From Pyrodictium delaneyi (GTDB lineage Archaea; Thermoproteota; Thermoprotei_A; Sulfolobales; Pyrodictiaceae): a DNA stretch of 32,000 nt. The stretch's first letter is position 1; the number at the start of each line of letters is the position of its first letter. Of this stretch, positions 17,600 through 26,433 are shown piece after piece. The position numbers were made by a program, and so were the translations under genes. Where the stretch lies: assembly GCF_001412615.1 (NCBI RefSeq), contig NZ_CP013011.1, positions 1,991,837 through 2,023,836 of the forward strand, written 5' to 3'. The notes under the pieces were generated by a model, which was not told where the DNA came from, ran no database searches, and saw only the letters and a program-made list of their open reading frames with translations.

Positions 17600-18493
17600 C
17601 TAGTACACCTGGATAGCTGCATAGCCTACGACGCTGCTCTTATCGCCTGCAACATCACCGCTGGTAGCGTATCTGAGGAGTTTTGCTGCTGTAGCCCCAG
17701 CTCCACGTGCGTAGTAGAGCATAGCCATTACTGGGCCAGGTCCACACATGCTTATGCCGTGTTCCTGTACGACCTGGTAGAGCTTCTCAGGGCTTAGAGC
17801 GAGTATAGCATCTATTGCAAGTTTATCCTTGGCTGCAGCTACGTCGTGTGGTTCGTAGTGGGTAAAGTCACTACTAGCTAGCACAACTACGTCGCGCCCA
17901 GTAGCCTCCACTGCCTCCAGTATTGCTTTGCCAAGATCCTCGGCTACCTCGGGAGTCTGCTCATATACTACTATAGGGACTATGCGAAAGCGGCTTTCGA
18001 ATAAATATTGAAGGAATGGTACTTGTACCTCAACACTATGCTCGTAAAGGTGAGCCTTCTCATCGGGTACCGCATAACTACTAGCATCTATTATGGCACG
18101 GGATAACTCTGCGTCAACCTCAACCTCACCAAGCGGTGTGACCCAGACTCCCCTTGGGTACACTGATACTATTTCTCCCAGTCCAGTATGGTTCGGACCT
18201 ATGATAATGTACGTCTCTGCCGCCCCCTCAGCCGCTATCTGGAAATAAGCGTTAGCCGCTACGGGACCGCTATACATGTAGCCCGCATGAGGTACTACGA
18301 AGCCCTTACTTGCTGGCCGTCTTTCATCACTAACTAATGGTAGCTTGCCGGGGCCCAGAGGATGCCGGAAAGCCCACTCTATTTGTGCCCGAAGAGCTTC
18401 TGGATCAGCTTCGTAGAACATGCCAGCAACTGCTGGTAGCCTCTTATCACCAATAATACGGCCAGAATAGATGGCCATGCCAGCCCACCACAT
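17600..18493 (-). CDS. MEMO1-family protein (AmmeMemoRadiSam system protein B-like)
   Basis: RLPAVAGMFYEADPEALRAQIE, VVPHAGYMYSGPVAA, GPNHTG and SSDFTHY. Confidence 0.9.
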   Translation of the reverse strand: MWWAGMAIYSGRIIGDKRLPAVAGMFYEADPEALRAQIEWAFRHPLGPGKLPLVSDERRPASKGFVVPHAGYMYSGPVAANAYFQIAAEGAAETYIIIGPNHTGLGEIVSVYPRGVWVTPLGEVEVDAELSRAIIDASSYAVPDEKAHLYEHSVEVQVPFLQYLFESRFRIVPIVVYEQTPEVAEDLGKAILEAVEATGRDVVVLASSDFTHYEPHDVAAAKDKLAIDAILALSPEKLYQVVQEHGISMCGPGPVMAMLYYARGAGATAAKLLRYATSGDVAGDKSSVVGYAAIQVY

Positions 18494-18710
18494 ATCTTTG
18501 AGGAAGCCCCTGTTACGAATCTATACCGCTAGGCAAGTAATTGTATTTCCGCCGAGACATTGGATCATAGGTAGAGCTGCAGAGTTTATACAGGGAATCC
18601 GACGGGATGTTCTGAAAGCCGACAGACCAATGTGGCCCCAAGGGGCTTAATTATAACCGGGTAGAAAGAGTGATGAAATGTGTCTGTTCTAAAATTCTTG
18701 TCCAGCGTTC

Positions 18711-19424
18711 TTAGCGGCGACGTACCTTGAACTCAAACGCCTCCGGAGGCTCAGGCAGATCCTGGTCCGGCTGCAGCTTACCTTGCTCTCTGAGTATCTC
18801 TCTTGTTAGTATCCAATATGTTAGCGCCAGACTCCTCCTACCCTTGTTGTTAACGGGTATAACTAGATCTATGTTCTCTATACGGTTATCCGTGTCGGCA
18901 AGCGCTACTGTTGGTATACCCATACGAGCTGCCTCGTCTACCGCTTGACTATCGGCACGTGGATCACTTATTATTATTACATCAGGTTCTATGTACCATT
19001 CGAGGCTAGGGTTGGTAAATGTACCTGGCAGGATTCTACCTGTTAGAGCCTTACAGCCTATGTATGTACAGAACTTTTGAACCGGCCTCTGACCATACTG
19101 CCTAACGGATACAGCGACTATTTTGGAGGGGTCGAAACGTGCTAGGAACTTTGCTGCCACTCTAAGCCTCTCATCAGTCTTTCTGATGTCAAGTATGTAT
19201 AGTCCATCAGGCCTAACACGGTATACGAACTTCCTCATATACGCTGTACATATATGTGTACCTATGTGCATACCTGCTGAGAGGTATCGCTCAAGAGGCA
19301 CCAGTAGCTCGACTGTCCTACCGCCGATCTCGACCTGCTGACGGCCTAGCTCCTGACTCACAACCATACACCCCGCGTCATCCGTGCCTGGATAGAGGGC
19401 TAATATAAGCCTGGCAGCTTGCAA
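18711..19424 (-). CDS. rps2: 30S ribosomal protein S2
   Basis: [18 protein letters not shown]...[31 protein letters not shown]. The longest ORF begins at TTG 19424; ATG 19367 (MVVSQELG...) gives the usual archaeal length. Confidence 0.95.
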   Translation of the reverse strand: MQAARLILALYPGTDDAGCMVVSQELGRQQVEIGGRTVELLVPLERYLSAGMHIGTHICTAYMRKFVYRVRPDGLYILDIRKTDERLRVAAKFLARFDPSKIVAVSVRQYGQRPVQKFCTYIGCKALTGRILPGTFTNPSLEWYIEPDVIIISDPRADSQAVDEAARMGIPTVALADTDNRIENIDLVIPVNNKGRRSLALTYWILTREILREQGKLQPDQDLPEPPEAFEFKVRRR

Positions 19425-19441
19425 GAGACAAGGTTAGATAG

Positions 19442-19642
19442 TTATAGTACACGTTTAAATCTACGTACCTCATATATTGCGGGTACATGCGCCAGGAGTG
19501 TCCTCCTACAACAATACCTCTTAATGCCGAGGTCATCCAATACCCTACCTGGCTCTTCGCCGCCTTCTACGCGCTTACGGAAATCCTCCCAGTACTGGGC
19601 AAGGGGTGTTCCACAAGTGAAACAACGAACAGGAACTATCAA
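19442..19642 (-). CDS. rpoN: DNA-directed RNA polymerase subunit N (Rpo10)
   Basis: MIVPVRCFTCGTPLAQYWEDF...GIKRYCCRRTLL. Confidence 0.97.
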   Translation of the reverse strand: MIVPVRCFTCGTPLAQYWEDFRKRVEGGEEPGRVLDDLGIKRYCCRRTLLAHVPAIYEVRRFKRVL

Positions 19643-19649
19643 GGATGCT

Positions 19650-20114
19650 TCACCTATAGCTCTTCTGCCAACGTCTCCTCGCGCTTCTCCTCATAGGCTT
19701 CTCGGGCTCTGTCTGCCTCGGGTCACCAGCTAGCATTGAACGATCGTACTCCTCGTATATCTTGCGTAGCTCTTCGCTACCAGTATATGCTACTAGTCCT
19801 CTTGCTATCGCCATTCTTACCGCATCAGCCTGACTCATATAGCCGCCTCCTTTAACAGTGACACGTATGTCTACACTGTTAGCTATATCCTGGCCAGCTA
19901 GTAGTAGAGGCTCCATCATTTTCCAGCGAGCCATCTCTATAGGCCATATCTCTATGGGTACGCCATTTATCCATACACGACCCTTACCGGGCTTTATCAC
20001 TGCCCTGGCTATGCTTGTCTTCCTCCTACCGCTAGAGATGACTATTCTAATAGGCTTCTCGGCCTGAACATAAGCACCAAGCAGCCTAGGCATCTGAGCC
20101 GCCTCGCTCGTCAA
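19650..20114 (-). CDS. rps9: 30S ribosomal protein S9
   Basis: GRRKTSIARAVIKPGKGRVWINGVPIE...GGGYMSQADAVRMAIARGLV...RRWQKSYR. Confidence 0.97.
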   Translation of the reverse strand: MTSEAAQMPRLLGAYVQAEKPIRIVISSGRRKTSIARAVIKPGKGRVWINGVPIEIWPIEMARWKMMEPLLLAGQDIANSVDIRVTVKGGGYMSQADAVRMAIARGLVAYTGSEELRKIYEEYDRSMLAGDPRQTEPEKPMRRSARRRWQKSYR

Positions 20115-20593
20115 GGCCTAGTAGCCACCCCCTTCCATCCAAGCCTCTCAGCTAGCTCACCTACGCGTATAAACTTGTGACCCAGCTTCTTTGCGTCCGC
20201 GAACTCGAACTTCTGGAACTTCTTATTGCTTAATTCCTCGGGGACGCCAATGTATACGCGTAGGCGGCGTGCAGCCTCACGCCCCTTCTGCTTGCTCCTC
20301 GGGAGCATGCCGAGAACAGCTTTGCGTACAATGGCTATCGGACTGCGTGGTCTGTGAGGAGCCCACTTGTATGGATTAACGTGTACCTTTAGCTCCCACC
20401 ATATGCGGTAGCTCTTAATCACCATATGTGGGTCGCCGCTCACTACAGCTTTCTCGGCGTTAACTATGTATACACGGTATCCTTCTAGCAGCTTCTTTGC
20501 CACCTCGGAGGCTAGCCTGCCTAGTACTTGGTCAGTAGCATCTATGTAGAGTACTCTTTCTGGAGGCTTAGGCGCCGCAATCTTAACTGCCAT
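20111..20593 (-). CDS. rpl13: 50S ribosomal protein L13
   Basis: IDATDQVLGRLASEVAKKLLEGYRVYIVNAEKAVVSG. Overlaps the S9 start by 4 nt. Confidence 0.97.
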   Translation of the reverse strand: MAVKIAAPKPPERVLYIDATDQVLGRLASEVAKKLLEGYRVYIVNAEKAVVSGDPHMVIKSYRIWWELKVHVNPYKWAPHRPRSPIAIVRKAVLGMLPRSKQKGREAARRLRVYIGVPEELSNKKFQKFEFADAKKLGHKFIRVGELAERLGWKGVATRP

Positions 20594-20631
20594 CTCTAGC
20601 GTCCCCCGCGGCTCTAGCGCTGCAGCCTAGT

Positions 20632-21003
20632 TTATATTATGATTTTCACCCGGCTGCCACGCGGGTTTTCCTCTACTAGCTGCAGTATGTGCATTACTTT
20701 GCCGCCTGCAGCACGTATCTTCTCTACGGCCTGCTCGCTGAATCCGAGTGCCGCTACCGTTACCGGGTGGTCTATGGTCCCTGCACCGAGAACCTTGCCT
20801 GGAACTACGACGATATCGCCATCCTCGGTATACCTGTTTATCTTGCTTATATTTACTGCTACCCGTAGCCGGCGTGGTCTATCGATTAACTCAGCTACAT
20901 ATCTCCATATTGGAGCGTTGTTCTTATTCGCTGCACTCCTCAGTATACGTATAGTCTTCCTTACGACTATGTTTGTTGGCCCAGTTCTCTTTGTGGTCTG
21001 CAT
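20632..21003 (-). CDS. rpl18e: 50S ribosomal protein L18e
   Basis: NAPIWRYVAELIDRPRRLRVAVNISKINRYTEDGDIVVVPGKVLGAG, and position between rpoD and L13. Confidence 0.9.
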   Translation of the reverse strand: MQTTKRTGPTNIVVRKTIRILRSAANKNNAPIWRYVAELIDRPRRLRVAVNISKINRYTEDGDIVVVPGKVLGAGTIDHPVTVAALGFSEQAVEKIRAAGGKVMHILQLVEENPRGSRVKIII

Positions 21004-21020
21004 GGCTGCTCCACCTGCCG

Positions 21021-21860
21021 TTACTCTTCCTCCCGGCGTAGACGCGCTATCTCTGAGAGTAGGTTTTCAGCCTTCCTCACAATGGCACGGACGGCTTCGC
21101 GTACAACTTCTTCGGGCGGAAGAGCGCCAGTAGACTCTATCTTAAACAAGAACTGGTTATCATCGAAGCGCAGTTGTACCGCATCGCCACAGCGCTTTAC
21201 CACGCACCAGTATAAGGCGGAAGTGTTCACATCATCTGTTATCTTTAGTTCGCCCTTACCTAGTTTCTTCATCTGCTCTGCTACCCAGGGATAGGAGGCT
21301 TCTATACATTCTATACATTCCTTGCTTGCTTTTTCTAGGTCAAATACTAGTATTGGGAGGTATTTGTGGACTGCAACACTTACTGGCATCCATTTTGCGT
21401 GCTCACGCCCATAACCTAGTCTTGCATAAGCTTGTAGCCTTAGACGCTGATCAGGAGCCATAATGACTATCGGTATGTTTTCAAACGCTGGCTTCACGTC
21501 AGGATCGCTAGTCTCCAGATCGCCACTGTAAACTACACGTTCTTCACGGGGCCCTGTCTCAACGTCCAGCCTTAGTGTCACATAGCAGTCAGGGTCACCG
21601 AGCTGGGCATTAGCACACTCTTCTGGCCTCTTATACTTCTTCAATGCTTCGCTACTAGTGAGCGGGATTAAGCCTAGTCGATGAGCTATGATCTCGTCGT
21701 AGAGTACAGTATTGTTGTCAAACACTTCAACAATGTCTATGGCCATTACAGGGACTTCTATGTAGCATGCACGCCTTATCGCGTTTACCAGGGGCAGAGA
21801 TGCACCCCTTATGGATAGGCGGAGTTTGTTGCTGGACTTCTCAAGTACACATATCTCCAT
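21021..21860 (-). CDS. rpoD: DNA-directed RNA polymerase subunit D (Rpo3)
   Basis: LPLVNAIRRACYIEVPVMAIDIVEV...YDEIIAHRLGLIPL, with a Cys-rich insertion (KECIECIE...CVVKRC). Conserved position between S11 and L18e. Confidence 0.93.
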   Translation of the reverse strand: MEICVLEKSSNKLRLSIRGASLPLVNAIRRACYIEVPVMAIDIVEVFDNNTVLYDEIIAHRLGLIPLTSSEALKKYKRPEECANAQLGDPDCYVTLRLDVETGPREERVVYSGDLETSDPDVKPAFENIPIVIMAPDQRLRLQAYARLGYGREHAKWMPVSVAVHKYLPILVFDLEKASKECIECIEASYPWVAEQMKKLGKGELKITDDVNTSALYWCVVKRCGDAVQLRFDDNQFLFKIESTGALPPEEVVREAVRAIVRKAENLLSEIARLRREEE

Positions 21861-21991
21861 GGCTGCTACCTCTCTACGTCTCTAAACCCTGGCAGATGTA
21901 TACCTTCTCATTACAATCAACAAGCTGGAGCAGAGACTCCATAAAATAGCTGGTTAAAGAAACAGTTTGAGTACATCGTACTTGCTCTCCA

Positions 21992-22393
21992 TTAGACACG
22001 GCGGCCCCTTCTGCCGCCAGGCCTGCGCGTGGTGTCGTGCGGCAAGGGCGTGACGTCCTCAATTCTTCCTATGATGAAGCCAGCCCTGGCTAGTGCACGT
22101 ATTGCCGCTTGCGCGCCAGGACCTGGTGTCTTAGGACCGTGTCCGCCCGGTGCGCGCACCTTGATATGCAGTGCAACAATACCCTTCTCCATTGCTTGCT
22201 GAGCTGCTCTACTCGCTGCAAGCATTGCAGCATAGGGACTTGGCTTCTCTCTATCGGCCTTGACTACCATACCACCGCTTGCTCGCGCTACGGTCTCTGC
22301 ACCTGTTAGGTCAGTTATGTGGATTATAGTGTTGTTGTAACTTGAGTATATGTGTGCAACGCCCCACTTGATTTCACGCGCGGAGAATGCCAT
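21992..22393 (-). CDS. rps11: 30S ribosomal protein S11
   Basis: [38 protein letters not shown]...[23 protein letters not shown]. Confidence 0.97.
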   Translation of the reverse strand: MAFSAREIKWGVAHIYSSYNNTIIHITDLTGAETVARASGGMVVKADREKPSPYAAMLAASRAAQQAMEKGIVALHIKVRAPGGHGPKTPGPGAQAAIRALARAGFIIGRIEDVTPLPHDTTRRPGGRRGRRV

Positions 22394-22444
22394 TCTTCCT
22401 CACCCCCATACAATACAACAATACAATATCATGGTGTTGCGTGT

Positions 22445-22981
22445 TTAGGCTGTCTCTTCTGTTTCGCCTTCCGTCTCGGCTACGCGCTTGGCTAGGGGGC
22501 TTGTAGGCGCGTAATCCACTAGGTCTTCTTCATCACGCTTCACCAGGTAGCCTGGGCTCCTTATTCGGCGCCCTGCAATAGCTATGTGCCCATGTACTAT
22601 TAGCTGGCGCGCCTCGTGAATTGAGCGGGCCAAGCCCTTCTTGTACACTATTGTCTGTAGCCTCCTCTCAAGGAAGTGCTCAGCCGTCAGCCCGAGTACG
22701 TCGTCAAGTGTTGCGTTCTCTGGGAGTACACCGAGGTGGTGGAGGCGTGCTAGTAGTGCCTTCTCTTCCTTGGCTCTCACATCAGGAGGCAGGGCTAGTA
22801 GGCCACGTGCACGGTGGCGGAAGTACCTGGCGAGTGTCTCGAGCTTCCACAGTTCCTTCTTGTTACGGAGACCATACTTGCCCATAAGGTCTATCTCACG
22901 TAATAGACGCTCCTTAATCCAGGGGTGCTTTGGACCCTCCCACTTCTTACGCGGCCTCTTAGGGTCACCCATGAGCGCCAC
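22445..22981 (-). CDS. rps4: 30S ribosomal protein S4
   Basis: [17 protein letters not shown]...[10 protein letters not shown]...[44 protein letters not shown]. Confidence 0.97.
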   Translation of the reverse strand: MALMGDPKRPRKKWEGPKHPWIKERLLREIDLMGKYGLRNKKELWKLETLARYFRHRARGLLALPPDVRAKEEKALLARLHHLGVLPENATLDDVLGLTAEHFLERRLQTIVYKKGLARSIHEARQLIVHGHIAIAGRRIRSPGYLVKRDEEDLVDYAPTSPLAKRVAETEGETEETA

Positions 22982-23001
22982 CTCCGGCTAGAGCGTTAGC
23001 T

Positions 23002-23448
23002 TTACTTACGTCTCTTCACACCAACAGTCATACCTATGCGGCCAGTCGTAGCTGTCCTCTGGCCGCGCACCTTGAGGCCGAGAGCGTGGCGTATACCTCT
23101 CCAGCTCTTAATCCTCTTCTCCCTCTCTATATCCTTCTTCACGTAGTAGATTAGGTCGGCACCAACCAGATGTAGATCCTTTCCTGTCTCGTAATCCTTA
23201 CGCCTATTCAGCATCCAAGCAGGAATGCCTACAGCTGTGGGGTTTTCTATAGCCTTCTCGATCTTCTCTATCTCCGCGTCTGTCAGAAATCCTATCCTCT
23301 TATTGGGGTCAATGCCCAGGAGACGACACAGTGCAAAGGATAGGTTAATGCCTACACCCTTAATGAGTGCAAGACCATAAGCTACCTTGAGTTCGCCAGG
23401 TATATCCGTACCCATTATTCTTACTATGTACCTATACTGCTCGCTCAG
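23002..23448 (-). CDS. rps13: 30S ribosomal protein S13, 5' end extended to a putative CTG start
   Basis: The tracked ORF (23002..23415) begins MGTDIPGELKV. The in-frame upstream codons encode LSEQYRYIVRI, which is the conserved archaeal S13 N-terminus. No ATG/GTG/TTG lies between the in-frame TGA (23457..23455) and ATG 23415. CTG 23448..23446 lies 6 nt downstream of GAGGTGA. Confidence 0.9.
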   Translation of the reverse strand: MSEQYRYIVRIMGTDIPGELKVAYGLALIKGVGINLSFALCRLLGIDPNKRIGFLTDAEIEKIEKAIENPTAVGIPAWMLNRRKDYETGKDLHLVGADLIYYVKKDIEREKRIKSWRGIRHALGLKVRGQRTATTGRIGMTVGVKRRK

Positions 23449-23454
23449 ACCTGC

Positions 23455-23461
23455 TCACCTC
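23455..23461 (-). promoter_or_regulatory. Shine-Dalgarno-like GAGGTGA upstream of the extended S13 start
   Basis: A 7-nt match to the complement of the canonical 16S rRNA 3' end (..GAUCACCUCC), spaced 6 nt from CTG 23448. Confidence 0.5.
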
Positions 23462-23529
23462 TGCCCCGTCTCCCGCGCAGAGAATCCCCAGCGCACCCAG
23501 GCTGAATAAACCCCTCTATAAGTAGCGTT

Positions 23530-23596
23530 GCCTCAGCCGCCACGGTACCTCGTCAACGCCCAACCAGGGCTCATATGGGCAAGTCCTCATCACTGG
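23530..23596 (-). ncRNA. Candidate C/D box sRNA
   Basis: The minus strand reads GTGATGA (C, 23593..23587), 12 nt GGACTTGCCCAT, ATGA (D'-like), 14 nt, TTGACGA (C'-like, 23556..23550), 13 nt GGTACCGTGGCGG, CTGA (D, 23536..23533). That is about 61 nt, intergenic between S13 and tRNA-Phe on the same strand. The terminal stem is weak, and the D'-C' and C'-D spacings are not ideal. Confidence 0.3.
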
Positions 23597-23671
23597 GTCA
23601 ACCTAGACTGTAGGAGGCGTGCAAACCGAGGAGCTTAAGGATAGGAGGTGTGTGGACCGGGCGGCTGTTAG

Positions 23672-23743
23672 TGCCGCCGCGGGGATTCGAACCCCGGACC
23701 GCCCGGTCTTCAGCCGGGCGCTCTCCCGCTGAGCTACGGCGGC
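23672..23743 (-). tRNA. tRNA-Phe (anticodon GAA)
   Basis: The reverse complement folds as a cloverleaf: acceptor GCCGCCG/CGGCGGC, D arm GCTC-AGCGGGA-GAGC, anticodon stem CCCGG/CCGGG with loop CTGAAGA, T arm CGGGG-TTCGAAT-CCCCG. CCA is not encoded. Confidence 0.9.
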
Positions 23744-23932
23744 ACCGTGTATAGGGGCAGAGATCTCTAGGGGCTCTTAAGGCTAACCATCCATAACTGC
23801 CTATCTGTTGATAAAGTCTCAGCTTTTCCGGCTCTCTTCATCCCTCGTCATGAGGTCAAGAGACCCTCTTCTCAGCACACCCGCATCAACGGTTATAATC
23901 ACTCCCGCTTTTAGAGTGATGCTACGTGGGGC

Positions 23933-24011
23933 GCGGCGGTCGTCTAGCCTGGACTAGGACGCCGGCCTTCCAAGCCGGTGATCCCGGGTTCAAATCCCGG
24001 CCGCCGCACCA
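23933..24011 (+). tRNA. tRNA-Gly (anticodon UCC), CCA encoded
   Basis: Acceptor GCGGCGG/CCGCCGC, anticodon stem CCGGC/GCCGG with loop CTTCCAA, T arm CCGGG-TTCAAAT-CCCGG, then ACCA. Confidence 0.9.
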
Positions 24012-24109
24012 TGTCCCTGCTTCTATCCATATCCACTATAGACCCGATTAGTTATGCTCAACAGTAGGACACACCCAGAACTAACACTTTTACCGATGGG
24101 ATACACCTA

Positions 24110-25546
24110 ATGAGACTACTACGCCCACAACATCATATAAGGATAAGAGTTAGCGGTTTCAATGATAGCTTTATAGATATTATGGATGCATTCTATAGGC
24201 TTTTAGCATCCGTAAAAGGAAGATACATACTTGAATGCAAATCCGGCAACTGTTCATCGTTCATAGAGCTGCCATCACAAGAGTACCAAGTACTTGTCGC
24301 AGCACCAGGACTTATATCTACGATAAAACTCGATACAGAAACGTCAGCTGAAGGAAGACTTCTTCCTCCACCCCGTGGAAACGAGTTATTGTGGTGTTTA
24401 CCGTCTGACACGCAATACCGCCAGCATAGAAACTATACACGGAATGAGATAGTTGTCGGGTATTGTAACGACATAGCTGTAACCTTAGATGAGAATGCGC
24501 TACTTCGACACTTGCTTATAGTAGGTTCTACTGGCTCAGGCAAGAGCCATACTGCTGCAAGAATAGCAGCTTGTGCCCATAACTTAGGCTTTCAGAGCAT
24601 TATATTAGATTGGCATGGAGAATATGAATACTTGCTAAGAAGTCAAGGCATTCGTGACTACGTAATCTTATCATACCCGAACCTCCCGCCAGTCGCACTT
24701 ACAGCTTCTAATATACCTCTAGAAGTTTCTATATCGGTTCTAGAGCGGACTCTCGAGCTTAGCCAGTTTCAGTCAAGTATACTGGCTGCGTTCCTCATCC
24801 TTAGCACCACGCAAGATGCAAATCTAGCAAAAGGTCTACTAAACTCTCTTACTAATCACATAAATAGCAATGAATTATCAGATATAGCAAGTATACTCGA
24901 TCAAGGTAATACTATTTCCGATTTAGTATATGTTATAGCTAAAATTTTTAATAAATATCGTGACGAATTTTCGAGAGCTGAACAAGAAATATGGTTAGCG
25001 CTAATACGAAGGCTAAACCTACTAGCTGCTAGTAGATATGCCAGTTTATTCATCATAAAAGATTCTGGTTATGTTACTGATTATTTCCTTAGAGGGACTG
25101 GACCAATAGTAATACGACTTAACGACATATTATCTCTACGAATTCGCAAGCTATATGCAATCTATCTCATAAACATGCTGTATTCGCAAGCTATAAGCAA
25201 TAGACTGAGCAAGAAGTTACTAGTAGTGATAGAAGAGGGTCATAACATATTAGATAACGGAACTATTTCCGAGTTGGTGGCTGAGACCCGCAAATACGGA
25301 ATCGGGTTTCTCGTTGTGGTGCATACGCCTCGTCTTTTGCCTGAATTAAGCGAGGCAAACTTCAACACAATAATTGCACATAGAATTACATCCATAAATG
25401 ATAGAATAATTGTTGCAAGAGCGATAGGTCTTGATGACGACTACTTGCTAGCACAACTGGAGCCGGGAGACGTATTTATCAGAAAGCCAGGAACAAAAAC
25501 GCCTTTTCTAGCAAAAATCGCTCTGGAGAAACCTTGCCTCATATGA
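24110..25546 (+). CDS. HerA/FtsK-superfamily (DUF87-like) P-loop ATPase with an uncharacterised N-terminal ~130 aa
   Basis: Walker A HLLIVGSTGSGKSHT, Walker B KLLVVIEEGHNIL, and distal RKYGIGFLVVVHTPRLL...NFNTIIAHRI, typical of HerA-like ATPases. CTTTTA lies 18-23 nt upstream of the ATG, consistent with a leaderless-type promoter. The coding sequence is strongly AT-rich. Confidence 0.8.
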   Translation: MRLLRPQHHIRIRVSGFNDSFIDIMDAFYRLLASVKGRYILECKSGNCSSFIELPSQEYQVLVAAPGLISTIKLDTETSAEGRLLPPPRGNELLWCLPSDTQYRQHRNYTRNEIVVGYCNDIAVTLDENALLRHLLIVGSTGSGKSHTAARIAACAHNLGFQSIILDWHGEYEYLLRSQGIRDYVILSYPNLPPVALTASNIPLEVSISVLERTLELSQFQSSILAAFLILSTTQDANLAKGLLNSLTNHINSNELSDIASILDQGNTISDLVYVIAKIFNKYRDEFSRAEQEIWLALIRRLNLLAASRYASLFIIKDSGYVTDYFLRGTGPIVIRLNDILSLRIRKLYAIYLINMLYSQAISNRLSKKLLVVIEEGHNILDNGTISELVAETRKYGIGFLVVVHTPRLLPELSEANFNTIIAHRITSINDRIIVARAIGLDDDYLLAQLEPGDVFIRKPGTKTPFLAKIALEKPCLI

Positions 25547-25669
25547 TATCTAGAACACAGAAATATCCCCATAAAAATGGTAGCCAGTCACACCGTTTTA
25601 CAACCGTAGCAACACATTGGTTCTAACCGGAGTTTCCTATAGAGGGTGCGAGGAGTGTCGGAGAAGGTG

Positions 25670-25757
25670 TGGTGCGGGGGGTGGGATTTGAACCCACGCC
25701 GGCCTACGCCAGCGGGTCTTAAGCCCGCCCCCTTCGACCTGGCTCGGGCACCCCCGC
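25670..25757 (-). tRNA. tRNA-Leu (anticodon UAA), long variable arm, CCA encoded
   Basis: The reverse complement is GCGGGGGTGCCCGAGCCAGGTCGAAGGGGGCGGGCTTAAGACCCGCTGGCGTAGGCCGGCGTGGGTTCAAATCCCACCCCCCGCACCA. Anticodon loop CTTAAGA, class II variable arm. Confidence 0.92.
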
Positions 25758-26025
25758 ACCACTCTAGCCGCTTTACTATTGACGAATAAGAGTCTCCAGA
25801 TATATTCTTCTCAGCAATCCCACGTTATCTATTATGATTCACGTAATACACGACATTAGCACTGCATAGTGATTAGATTTAGGTTAAAGAAACTTTAGAC
25901 ATATGCGACTAGAATAAGCCCTTAGCTTAAGATGTATTCACGACGGCCATAGACAAGCTATAAGATGATAGTGTTAGGTGGCCTAAGATATTGAAACGTC
26001 TACACTTGGAACAGCCCACGGAACG

Positions 26026-26322
26026 TTATTCTTCAGCGCCTTCCAGTTCTTCCTGGAGAAGCTCTTGTAGAACCTCGCGATACTCCTCACGCTCCTGTTC
26101 CCACTCCTCGAGTGAACGTACTGGACGGCGCTTTGCCTCGCTGACTTTAAGTGTAGTTATTGTGCGTTCTTGCTCCGGTGTTGCACCAACTATAGTATAA
26201 TCGCGCAGCTGACCACCCTGTGCAGATTCTGTATATCCACACCGTGTACAACGAAGAAGCACATTCTCGCCTTCACGCCCTACTGGTATCATCAATCCCC
26301 CGCAACGTGAACAGAACTTCAT
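26026..26322 (-). CDS. TFS/RPB9 N-terminal zinc-ribbon protein with an acidic C-terminal tail and no C-terminal TFIIS-type ribbon
   Basis: MKFCSRCGGLMIPVGREGENVLLRCTRCGYTE matches the N-terminal ribbon of archaeal TFS/RpoM. The remaining 65 aa contain no Cys and end in EEWEQEREEYREVLQELLQEELEGAEE. Confidence 0.65.
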   Translation of the reverse strand: MKFCSRCGGLMIPVGREGENVLLRCTRCGYTESAQGGQLRDYTIVGATPEQERTITTLKVSEAKRRPVRSLEEWEQEREEYREVLQELLQEELEGAEE

Positions 26323-26433
26323 ATGACGATTACCTCCCCTCTCGTCTCCTTATGCGTGTCTTTGTTATTCAGCCAACGCTACCTAGCCGGCATAACCCCA
26401 CTATATATATCTAACCCTTTACTCCATCACTGT

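Noticed and set aside
18670-18692. Perfect C box GTGATGA followed at 12 nt by CTAA in the MEMO-S2 spacer
   Set aside because: No C' or D box (CTGA) follows on that strand before the sequence enters the S2 gene antisense. It is a half-motif only.
23819-23851. Minus-strand ATGA-6 nt-ATGAAGA-12 nt-CTGA between tRNA-Phe and tRNA-Gly
   Set aside because: The C'/D half has ideal spacing, but no C box lies 12 nt upstream of the putative D' (the sequence there is AAGAGGG). This leaves only half of a C/D sRNA.
24012-25669. att-type direct repeats of the tRNA-Gly or tRNA-Leu(UAA) 3' ends bounding the HerA islet
   Set aside because: I looked by eye in 24012..24109 and 25547..25669 for copies of the tRNA 3' halves and found none. 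The islet cannot be called a bounded mobile element from this sequence.
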